Shown here: piece after piece, positions 35,926-44,378 of the stretch
Position numbering within the stretch: the first letter of the stretch is position 1
How the letters are laid out: each line of letters opens with the position of its first letter
Origin: an uncultured bacterium
Lineage (GTDB): Bacteria > Fibrobacterota > Chitinivibrionia > Chitinivibrionales > JANQEN01
Reading direction: 5' to 3'
Length of the DNA: 55,106 bases
NCBI GenBank assembly: GCA_965372145.1
Contig: CBDVBE010000001.1
Coordinates: 1 to 55,106 of the forward strand
The notes under the pieces: model-generated
What the model saw: only the letters and a program-made list of their open reading frames with translations
The model's database searches: none
Told to the model about the DNA's origin: nothing
Made by a program: the position numbers and the translations under genes

Positions 35926-36882
35926 TTAAAAAGGCGAAGGGAACTTGCCAATTACCGAGATTTTATGGGTAAGTCCCAGGCGGGCGGAGTTAATAGGCAT
36001 TGCATAATCAACACCGAACCACGAGTAACGCATTCCCAGTCCAACCGAGAAATCAAAATCGCGGTAATCCCGTTCTGCTATATCGAGGCTTGTAGCCATC
36101 CCAGCGCGGATCGAAAGAATACCAAACAGTTTGTATTGTAGCCCGAGTGAGACATCTATCGGCTGCCGCAGGGTTTTTGCTACGTCAAGCTCTGCTATCA
36201 ATGTCGTATCAAGGAATCTGCCGGCTATACCGAGTTGTGCTGTGGGCAGTACCTGATCCCGATGGTCTGTTGTCCACCAGAGGTATGATCCGATGTTCCG
36301 GCCGCTTATGCCGATACATAACTGCTCTATCGGCCAGTACGTTGCACCGATATCAAATCCACATCCGTGACCCTGTTCACCTGCCATCTGTTCATGAATG
36401 TACCGTGCGGTGATACCCAGCGAAACAGGCCATTGCAACCGGCCGGCTACACTGAGGGCTACTGTATTAGCACTATAGTCAAAATCCTCGGTTGGATTTC
36501 CCAGGCTGTCACGGCCTTCAATGTCCCCGACGCCGTATTTCATAAGGGAAAGGCCGGATATAACAAAATCACCAAGCGGCATTGCAGCATCGACTCCCTG
36601 ATGTTTTCTATCCCATGTCATGAATGAATAGGTTGCGATAACCGGAACAATATCAACGACTGCATCGAGAATTGCCGGATTATATTGAATACCCGCAAAT
36701 TCCTCCTGCCACGCGGCAGTTGCACCGGCAAGAGCCGCACTGTGCGCATGGCGCGGCAGCTTGAGGTATTCCGCTGCACCGCGAGCATAGCCGGAGGATG
36801 CGAAATCTGATTCCCCGGCCTGGAGTGCTGTGATTGTTAGGAATAGAAGGAGTATGTGGTTTAGTTGTTTCATTTTTATCAA
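35926..36882 (-). CDS. PorV/PorQ-family-like outer-membrane beta-barrel protein (T9SS-associated)
   Basis: 318-aa ORF. Signal peptide, then LKLPRHAHSAALAGATAAWQEEFAGIQYNPAIL, which resembles the N-terminal signature (araa.GgA...NPA.L) of PorV/PorQ-type proteins. Alternating beta-strand pattern and a C-terminal aromatic residue (SPF). Confidence 0.55.
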   Translation of the reverse strand: MIKMKQLNHILLLFLTITALQAGESDFASSGYARGAAEYLKLPRHAHSAALAGATAAWQEEFAGIQYNPAILDAVVDIVPVIATYSFMTWDRKHQGVDAAMPLGDFVISGLSLMKYGVGDIEGRDSLGNPTEDFDYSANTVALSVAGRLQWPVSLGITARYIHEQMAGEQGHGCGFDIGATYWPIEQLCIGISGRNIGSYLWWTTDHRDQVLPTAQLGIAGRFLDTTLIAELDVAKTLRQPIDVSLGLQYKLFGILSIRAGMATSLDIAERDYRDFDFSVGLGMRYSWFGVDYAMPINSARLGLTHKISVIGKFPSPF

Positions 36883-36890
36883 TCCTGTTT

Positions 36891-36985
36891 GCGCCCCCTA
36901 AATCCCCCGAAGGGGGACTTTTAGGGAATTGGTTTTATAATAATCCTTTTCCATTTAAGTCCCCCTTCGGGGGATTTAGGGGGCG
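36891..36985. repeat. nested-hairpin palindromic element, family A copy 2
   Basis: GCGCCCCCTAAATCCCCCGAAGGGGGACTT (36891-36920) and AAGTCCCCCTTCGGGGGATTTAGGGGGCG (36957-36985). The arms are nearly identical to those at 31603-31699. It lies between two genes of one minus-strand operon. Confidence 0.85.
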
Positions 36986-36999
36986 TAAGATAGTGGTGC

Positions 37000-38607
37000 T
37001 CACCGCAACACCGCAATCTTCAGCACTTTCTTATCATCTCCGCCATCATCGTATGTAACCTTAACCAGCGCAAAGTACACACCGTTAGCGACATCTTTTA
37101 TGTTCCAGTCATATATATATTTTTCTTCCGCGTTCAGCTTTTTCGAGAACCGGAGGACCGGTTTTTCAGAAGCATTGTATATAGTTACCTTTACCGTAGC
37201 ACTTTTGGTGACATACAGTTGAATGTGGGAGACCTTGCCCCGCGCAGGGTTGGGATAGCAATAGGTGCTCTTTTTAAAGCTTACCGGCTCAGGTCCTCCC
37301 GGAACATACGTTACAATAGAGCCGTTATACGTTGCGAAATAGAGACGGCCGTTTGATGCCGTCGGTGATGAAAAGATATCACTGTCCAGGCTGTCTTCCC
37401 AGACCTTGGTACCTTTTATTGTATGAAATCCATATACTTTTCCTTCACCCCAGCCGAAGAACACTACCGTGTCAACAACCAGCGGGCTTGAGCAGAAGCC
37501 AAGCTTCGCGTAATTGCGCAGCTCACTGAAATACCACTGTTCAGCACCGGTTTTTTTGTTAAAAGCCGTTATGGTAAATCGTGGTTTAGGATCACCATAC
37601 TCTTTATGAATCACAAATACATTCGAATCCCCAATTGCCGGTGATGATGTTGCATTACCGCCAAGAGGTACAAATATCTGCGTGTTTTCTCTTGTTAACG
37701 GCGCAAGCTGATCGAGTACTGCATTATCCATACGGTAATATTTCCTGAATCCCCGCAGCATCTTTCTGCGGACTTTTGGACTGTGCACAATAAACTGCCG
37801 GAAGATATTTCTATCAACAGCAGTGGCTGCAGATTCTATACTGCTTATATTCTTCCATAACAGTGAACCGTTGGTCAGTGAGAGCGCATAGATATTCTTA
37901 TCATACCCGCCGGGCGAGAAGTAGGTAATGCTACCGGAAATGGCGGGAGATGATAGATACACGCCGCCCTGAGTCTGGTAACTCCATATCGGTGTGCCGG
38001 TGTGGGCATCCAGAGCAACAAGATTGCCGCTGTTTTCACCATAACAGAGAATAGAATCAGAAAATGCAGCGGATGAATAGACCGGCTGGCTGTTGGATTT
38101 AAACCAGACATACCGGTTGGTATTTAAATTATAAATGTCAATCTGCCTGTTTCTTCCGCCTCTGCCAAACGCGACAAGGCTGTCGTAAATCAACGGTGAT
38201 GAGCACTGGGTGTTGTTATTTACAATTACTGCTAACGAGTCACCTGTTACGGAATTCAGAATATAGAGGTTGCCGTCACGGGAGCCGGTATAGAGTGTCC
38301 CCGCACAATAGGCTGGCGTCGCGTCAATCCAGCCCCGGGTTTTCCTGGACCAGATAAGTGTACCATTATAGAAAGCGTATATCGTGCTGTCCCGTGCACC
38401 GATATACAGGGTGTCATTTACTACTATGGGTGAAGAGGTTGCCGGACCCTTAATAGTGGTTGTAGTGAGTTTTTTTAATGGCAATGAAAGTGAAGATGCA
38501 GCGCGCCCGGTGCGTGCATTATCCTCGCGGAAGGTATGCCCGTATGGGACACCCAGGCTCAGGAGCACTATCAGGATGGGTGTGTTTTTAAGGAACAGGG
38601 TATGCAT
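37000..38607 (-). CDS. PQQ-like (BamB-type) beta-propeller repeat protein with T9SS C-terminal sorting domain
   Basis: The ORF track opens at 38655. The start is more likely ATG 38607 (AGGAAAGG upstream, signal peptide MHTLFLKNTPILIVLLSLG). Repeated G.LY.....G.L.A(L/I)D motifs. The last ~85 aa (YCYPNPARG...IYNASEKPV...GVYFALVKV...KIAVLR) match the T9SS type A CTD pattern. Confidence 0.8.
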   Translation of the reverse strand: MHTLFLKNTPILIVLLSLGVPYGHTFREDNARTGRAASSLSLPLKKLTTTTIKGPATSSPIVVNDTLYIGARDSTIYAFYNGTLIWSRKTRGWIDATPAYCAGTLYTGSRDGNLYILNSVTGDSLAVIVNNNTQCSSPLIYDSLVAFGRGGRNRQIDIYNLNTNRYVWFKSNSQPVYSSAAFSDSILCYGENSGNLVALDAHTGTPIWSYQTQGGVYLSSPAISGSITYFSPGGYDKNIYALSLTNGSLLWKNISSIESAATAVDRNIFRQFIVHSPKVRRKMLRGFRKYYRMDNAVLDQLAPLTRENTQIFVPLGGNATSSPAIGDSNVFVIHKEYGDPKPRFTITAFNKKTGAEQWYFSELRNYAKLGFCSSPLVVDTVVFFGWGEGKVYGFHTIKGTKVWEDSLDSDIFSSPTASNGRLYFATYNGSIVTYVPGGPEPVSFKKSTYCYPNPARGKVSHIQLYVTKSATVKVTIYNASEKPVLRFSKKLNAEEKYIYDWNIKDVANGVYFALVKVTYDDGGDDKKVLKIAVLR

Positions 38608-41503
38608 ACACCTTTCCTTCATTTGAGGTAAAAACAACAACACCGTTGGCAACATCTACTGTAGGTGAATTTGGTATTGTCCCGCCGGCTGTTTTCGGCC
38701 AACCCGTTTTGGCGGCCATTGTTGCAACGTCAACTGCATATACTTCGCCATCATCATCACCAAAGAATGCGGTGCCGGCGGATGTTACGACAGGCATGGA
38801 ATTGATGGTATTTGCAGGAGTAGAATATGTTCCGGCGACGGACCCGTCGCTGGAGTTCATTTTTTTCAGATTGGTCCCGGCACCGACATAGATATAAACG
38901 CCCTGCCTGAATGCTGCACTGGTTGTCGTAGCAAGTAAATCATCAGAGGTCCAGGCGGTACCCATAGTTGACAAATTCACTGCATAGACATAATTATCAT
39001 TTGATGCAACGTACATTATGTCAGACCATGCGTTAAGTGATATATTCGCATTAGGTGCATGGGCATTACTGCTCTGGTACGTATTATCAACAGCATACTT
39101 TTCTACATTGCCGGTCACGGGAAAATAGACATAAGAGGCCTCTACAATTGCAGAGGAAGTGGCAATCGGTGAATTGCTTTCAATAGTCCATGCGATACCA
39201 CCATCACTGGTTGATACTTTATAGGAATCGCCATTGAAAGTCAGGTACAGATAATCCCCGTCAGTTGACAGGATAGGATCAGACATATCAGTTGCTGTTC
39301 CCCAATCCACATAGTCGAATTTTGATTCGGCTGAAGAGCCATTATCCCAGACTGCGCCGATTTGAGCTTTGTGATTGGTGTAGTATATGGCATATTTCCC
39401 CTGAGCAGAGTGATAGTAAAGACAAAGATTCGTTACAAAACCGCCTTGTGCTCCACTGGCATCGTATGACCATTTTTCCGTGCCGTTGTCAATATCATAA
39501 CTGTAAATAGTTTGCTGGGCGCCCACGTATACAACTCCGTCGCCGATAACCGGTGATGTACAGGGACTGATTACACCGGAGATCCATAACGCACTACCGG
39601 TGGTAAATGAATAATCAGAAGAGACGGTTCCGGTGTTGCCGTAACTGTCACGTGCATTTACCCGCCAGGAGTATGTGCTGCCGGCCGCAAGTTCCGACGT
39701 CTGCCAGGTGGCTCCGCTCTGCCAGCCGCTGTTTGCAATGGCTGTGACAAACGGGTCGGCATCGTCTAATTCAATATAGTATTCTATTGTGGATATATCG
39801 CTTGCAGTGCTGCTGGTCAGCACGGGCTGAATGGAGGTGTTGGTTGCCGCATCTGACGGGGAACTGCAGCCGTAGCCGGTCGGGTCCGCATTGTCAAGAA
39901 CAAATGCCGTGGAGGTCGTTGCGTTGCCGGTATTAGCCGAGGCATCTTTTGGCGTGATACGGATATAGAACGTTGCATCTTCAGTGGTTGAGACGTCAGT
40001 CTCATTACTGCCGTTCTGGCTGTCCCATACAAAGGTGACATTGCTCTGATTGGTACTGATAGTGTGAATCTGCCTGGTGGCAGTTCCTCCACTGACACCG
40101 GTATTATCGATTGTTCCGACAGAGGCGCTGCTGATATACGCCTGGTAGTATGTAGAATTGTCAGCCGAGTATTCTATAAGAAGTTCACAATTCTCAGGTG
40201 CCTGAGGATCGCTGAGGTCATACTGAACCGTCACAAGGCCGGTGCCGTTGGTAGCATGGGTGACATTGTCAATAACAACGCTGGGCTTAACATTCGAAAC
40301 GGTAAAATTATAGATTGAGGAATAGGCGGTTTCATTGCCATAGAAATCTTTAACTTTAACACGCCAGTAGTACGTCTGACTTACACTCAGGCCGGTTGCA
40401 ACCCAGTCGGGATCGGCGCTCTGCCAGCCGCTGTTTGCAATGGGGCTGCTGCAATCCGAATCAGTATCGATTTCCAGGTAGTAAGAAATTGTGCTGGCAT
40501 CGCTGGCTGTCGCTGAAGTAAGCGTTACATCAGGGCCGCCCGGGGAAGAGCCGATAGTCGGTGTACTGCAGGCCCAACCGGTAGGGTCCTTGGTATCGAT
40601 AACAAAATTGTTCGATGAAAATTTTAATGTGTCGGTAAGCGGGATTGCGTTTACCGCAATAATCTGCATGTTATAATTTGAGACTTCCGTTGGAGTGGCA
40701 AGCTGGGTTGCGGCGTCCCAGATAAGCTGGCGGTTTGTTCCCGGATTGTCAGCATTAACCGATCCTTCACCGGTAAGAGTGGCATCGGTACATGCAACAA
40801 AGGCGGAACCGTTCCAGTACTCTGCCTTTATCGTTACGTCCGAATAGTCATCGTCAGAGATCCGGTAATTCATCTCAACGTCCCCGGACCCGTCTGTCCG
40901 CTGAAAGCAGGTGGCGCTGGTAAAGGATTCGGCCGTATTGGTATCAACCAGTGTTGGCGGACCCGTATAGGTTACAATAACCTCCAGATGATCCACATCG
41001 ATCTGGCTCCAATCCACTCCACCGGAAGCAACCGCTTTACAGCCACATCGAACATCATCAATATCAGTCCACGTCCATGCACCTCCGCCTGGTTTTTCTG
41101 TAAAGTCAGCTGAATAATAGGCGTATGAGGTGTTTAATTCATGAACTGTGCCATCCAGGAGAGGGTCATAAATCAATTCTATTCTAACCTGAATGCCTTC
41201 GCTGGTTCCGGAAAGATTAATATCGGCCTTCGCATATAAGCGGACAGTAATCTTGGCGATGGTTCCAACGCCGCCTACATGGTTTTCAATCGGCACATCG
41301 AGTAGATCACTTTTTGTTGTTGTATAGGCAGCAGTACCGCCTGTTTCAGAACAATCAGTACCGACATCGGTGCCGCCGGTGTTAAAGTCGTTATCCGGAC
41401 CTTCTCCGGTTCCCGCATCCAGGGTCATTGTAGATGCAAAGGGAGATAATACGGCAAGTAAAGAGATGAGAGTGATTGTAATAACGAATTTTTTCATATT
41501 CAT
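38588..41503 (-). CDS. large secreted protein: two tandem (Ig/FN3-like + FN3-like) module pairs plus C-terminal PQQ-like beta-propeller
   Basis: 971-aa ORF. Signal peptide MKKFVITITLISLLAVLSPFAS. An internal ~100-aa repeat (D.(K/A)DPTG..CS.P...(L/I)E(I/L)D...IANSGWQS...Y.WRV...D.YGN) occurs twice. The C-terminal third has propeller-type repeats. No T9SS CTD is present. It overlaps the next gene by 20 nt. Confidence 0.8.
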   Translation of the reverse strand: MNMKKFVITITLISLLAVLSPFASTMTLDAGTGEGPDNDFNTGGTDVGTDCSETGGTAAYTTTKSDLLDVPIENHVGGVGTIAKITVRLYAKADINLSGTSEGIQVRIELIYDPLLDGTVHELNTSYAYYSADFTEKPGGGAWTWTDIDDVRCGCKAVASGGVDWSQIDVDHLEVIVTYTGPPTLVDTNTAESFTSATCFQRTDGSGDVEMNYRISDDDYSDVTIKAEYWNGSAFVACTDATLTGEGSVNADNPGTNRQLIWDAATQLATPTEVSNYNMQIIAVNAIPLTDTLKFSSNNFVIDTKDPTGWACSTPTIGSSPGGPDVTLTSATASDASTISYYLEIDTDSDCSSPIANSGWQSADPDWVATGLSVSQTYYWRVKVKDFYGNETAYSSIYNFTVSNVKPSVVIDNVTHATNGTGLVTVQYDLSDPQAPENCELLIEYSADNSTYYQAYISSASVGTIDNTGVSGGTATRQIHTISTNQSNVTFVWDSQNGSNETDVSTTEDATFYIRITPKDASANTGNATTSTAFVLDNADPTGYGCSSPSDAATNTSIQPVLTSSTASDISTIEYYIELDDADPFVTAIANSGWQSGATWQTSELAAGSTYSWRVNARDSYGNTGTVSSDYSFTTGSALWISGVISPCTSPVIGDGVVYVGAQQTIYSYDIDNGTEKWSYDASGAQGGFVTNLCLYYHSAQGKYAIYYTNHKAQIGAVWDNGSSAESKFDYVDWGTATDMSDPILSTDGDYLYLTFNGDSYKVSTSDGGIAWTIESNSPIATSSAIVEASYVYFPVTGNVEKYAVDNTYQSSNAHAPNANISLNAWSDIMYVASNDNYVYAVNLSTMGTAWTSDDLLATTTSAAFRQGVYIYVGAGTNLKKMNSSDGSVAGTYSTPANTINSMPVVTSAGTAFFGDDDGEVYAVDVATMAAKTGWPKTAGGTIPNSPTVDVANGVVVFTSNEGKVYAYPVP

Positions 41504-41519
41504 TAATTAATATATTGTG

Positions 41520-41675
41520 TTACGATGTTGACGGCAGCCTGAAGCAGGCATGCTGCTTATGCGGTCCAGTACGGCATTTTCCGCAGGCTAGTGCACGGCG
41601 TTCGAATATCTCCTCAGATTCGACATCAGGAGGAGAGTAGACCGGTTTTTTAACGGGTTTTTCGTTTTTTTTCAT
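41520..41675 (-). CDS. candidate 51-aa Cys/His-containing small protein (hypothetical)
   Basis: Hand translation gives MKKNEKPVKKPVYSPPDVESEEIFERRALACGKCRTGPHKQHACFRLPSTS. It is too short for the ORF track. The stretch is GC-rich in an AT-rich spacer and ends 16 nt before the start of the 971-aa gene on the same strand. Confidence 0.3.
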   Translation of the reverse strand: MKKNEKPVKKPVYSPPDVESEEIFERRALACGKCRTGPHKQHACFRLPSTS

Positions 41676-41834
41676 AAATAGTCTTACGTAACGTTAATGA
41701 AATGAAGTAGTTACAAGAAATATATATAGTGCTATATATCTATAATACTTAATTATATACCCATTTGCGGGGATTGTCTAGTAAAAACAAAAAGTCATTG
41801 GTATAGAATTTTATTAGTAAAAGAGTATTTATTT

Positions 41835-42070
41835 GGAGGAGGAAGCCGCAAGCGCATCTGCCACTGGCAGATGTGCTCCCTAAGCGGAGCTAAGTCTCGT
41901 TTCGAATAAAAGACTGTAACATTCCACCTGTTTTCATTATTCATTCAACCAGTCGGAATTAACAGCCGTTAATTCGTTACTCAACTGGATCTCCGCTTAC
42001 CCCCTCGCAATTTATATGTCTGGTCGTTTGGCCAGACACAAACCTGTAGTGGCTCAACATGTTGAACCCT
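41835..42070 (+). other. candidate structured RNA or regulatory region in a 750-bp spacer
   Basis: Several helices are visible.
- Hairpin 41852-41876 with a G-U pair possible only in plus-strand RNA.
- Long-range TAAGCGGAG (41881-41889) / CTCCGCTTA (41991-41999) enclosing two hairpins: 41893-41915, and 41949-41988 with an inner perfect 8-bp GAATTAAC/GTTAATTC stem.
- Hairpin 42018-42037.
- A 12-bp perfect palindrome TCAACATGTTGA (42054-42065). Confidence 0.25.
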
Positions 42071-42285
42071 GATAAAAGCGTTACAACAGAATAAAGTGGT
42101 TGAAAAAAGAGAGTGGTGGCATATAATGAATAAAAGGGGTATAATTAAAAGAAAATTAAAATTAAAAAATGTCTCATGCGTTATGAACTTTTTTTTGTTA
42201 TATTATTATCATGTAATAGATGGATGAAAAAGGGTATTAATTTACCAATAATTTGTCCACATTTATTCATGAAATGGAGTTTGAG

Positions 42286-44052
42286 ATGAATATTTTAAAG
42301 ATTTTCTTTTTAGGGCTTTTTATTTCTGCAAATCTCTTTGCACAAACAACAACACTCACTCTTCAGAATGGCAACAGTGGTTACAATGGCTGTTCTGATG
42401 CTCATATTTGGGATGGATATCACAATTCCTCACTAAATAGTGAAAACTATGGTGACGAGGAAGATTTAATAGAGTTCTTTGGTAATGACGGTAGTTACCT
42501 CAATCCGGGATCCCGCTGATGTGAATCTGAGGCCCGGGTGGTCATTAAATTCGATCTTTCAGACATTCCTGAAGACGCTATTCTTGAAGGAGCTGTTTTA
42601 AGTCTGTATGTATATAAGGGATATGATTCATGGGACAACGGCCTTAAAACCCTTCATGAAATAACTAGTAGTTGGGATGAAAGCAGTGTGACATGGAATT
42701 CTAAACCAAGTAATAATTCTTCGAAAATTGCAGAATGCAACAGCAGTTCCATAAATGTATGGGAAGACTACGATGTAACTGGTGAAGTCAAGGATATTGT
42801 TGAAAACAGCAAAGATAATTACGGTTTTATGCTAATATACGGTGATTATTACACGGGAGCCCATTTCCGTTCATCAGAATATTCATCCACAGAGTACAGG
42901 CCAAAACTTACAGTAACTTATCTCGGAGATGAAGCCTTTCTTGAAATTAAATCACCCAATGGCGGTGAAGAGATCGAACAGAACAGTACTTGTATTATTG
43001 AATGGGCTGATAATATTGATGGTGATGTAAAAATTGAACTTTATCAGAACGGTAATTTCATAGAAACTATTGCTGATGCAATTGAAAGTAATGGCTCATA
43101 CGATTGGCTGGTACCAATTGGTGTAACACCGGGAGACGGTTATTCGATAAAAATCATTAGTGTAGATAGCACTGGCCTTGTAGATGAAAGTTCTCAACCG
43201 TTTAGTATTTTGAGTGAAGTTTTTATTTCTGAATTCCCCTATATACAGAATTTTGATAACATGGATACTGTCAACAGCAGAGACCTTTCTGAGAATTGGA
43301 AACAACTTACTAATGATGACATTAATTGGAAAGTCCACACTGGCCCGACGCCATCCAAAGTGGGTAGTGATCCTGATAAAACCGGCCCGGACGCTGATCA
43401 TACCTCAGGTAATGGCAATTATGTTTATATAGAGGCATCTGATCCAAATAATCCCGAAAAGAAAGCCACTATTATTACACCAAAGTTTAAAATAAGCGGG
43501 CTGGTCAATCCTGAATTTGTAATATGGGCGCATATGTTCAGTGCAGATAATCAAATGGGAGATCTGTACGTTGACATAAATGTTGATGGTACTTTGTACA
43601 ATGATGTGATTCATCTCACCGATGATCATGGTGATGACTGGTTTGAAGTAAAACAGTCTCTTTCTGAGTATCAAGGGGAGCGTGTACAATTCATTTTTCG
43701 TGGTATAACAGGAACTGGCTGGTGCGGTGATATCTGTATTGATGATTTTTTTATTGACGCGTCAACTGAAGTTACGACGAATGTAAAAATACCGGGACAT
43801 TGTAACGTTACATTTTGTGGTTCACGGATAAATTTCCATTTGCCCGAGTCAGATAATAACACACGGCGACATGTCAGTATGAAAATATATAATCTTCAGG
43901 GAAAAATGATCGCTACATTGTTTAATGGTCACCTCTGTTCCGGACACCATTCAGTAAATCTGGATAAGTTTAACAGGATAGGTAGTGGTGCCTATATCTG
44001 TAAGATAAAAACAGAAGGTTACAATAAAAGTTTGTCCATAATTAAACAATAA
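42286..44052 (+). pseudogene. T9SS-sorted surface protein (DNRLRE-like domain + Ig-like domain + MAM domain + CTD) interrupted by one in-frame TGA
   Basis: ORFs 42253-42519 and 42538-44052 are in the same frame, separated only by TGA 42517-42519. Likely start is ATG 42286 (GGAG 5 nt upstream), giving the signal peptide MNILKIFFLGLFISANLFA. VIKFDLSDIP...SSWDESSVTWNSKP is DNRLRE-like. NWKVHTGPTPS...GPDADHTSGNGNYVYIEAS...CIDDFFI is a MAM signature. The C-terminal KIYNLQGKMIATLFNG...GAYICKIKT is T9SS CTD-like. Confidence 0.65.
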
Positions 44053-44081
44053 ATAAAAATACATCCGTTTAAAAAATGGTT

Positions 44082-44118
44082 AAAAAGCTACCGTTCTTAA
44101 CGGCAGCTTTTTTTGTTT
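44082..44118. terminator. bidirectional intrinsic terminator
   Basis: AGCTACCGTT-ctt-AACGGCAGCT (10-bp stem, one mismatch), flanked by AAAAA upstream and TTTTTTTGTTT downstream. It sits between convergent transcription units. Confidence 0.7.
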
Positions 44119-44378
44119 GGTTCACTATTAAAAGTCAGTTTTCATACCCAAATTATGCAGTAGAAACGGAGTACACTAATGCATAATCTGGGATTAATTT
44201 TACCGGATTTAAAGGATTCTGATGAACACATCGCTATAAAATAAGTTTTTTTATAAACCATTTTTTCAGTATTAAAACATAAAGGATTTGTGTGTCACGG
44301 CCTTCAGACCGTGTGTTTTTGTTTTATAATCCAATGTTATGTGAAGTTGTCCTATAGGGGGATGCGTCTTAATTATTG

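Noticed and set aside
41590-41615. tRNA-like T-loop word (GGCGTTCGAATATC)
   Set aside because: No acceptor stem, anticodon arm or D-arm can be drawn around it. It lies inside the candidate 51-codon ORF.
42517-42519. Genome-wide reassignment of TGA (code 4 or 25)
   Set aside because: Many well-supported genes in the window terminate at TGA with the next gene starting immediately after or overlapping (for example 6927-6929, 13224-13226, 13985-13987, 30654-30656). TGA therefore functions as a stop here.
44179-44244. 21-codon plus-strand ORF (MHNLGLILPDLKDSDEHIAIK) between the terminator and a plus-strand hairpin/T-run at about 44291-44325
   Set aside because: There is no convincing RBS or promoter. 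It lies antisense to the 39-codon minus-strand candidate, and such a short ORF is expected by chance. I noted it only because a weak plus-strand terminator-like hairpin follows it.
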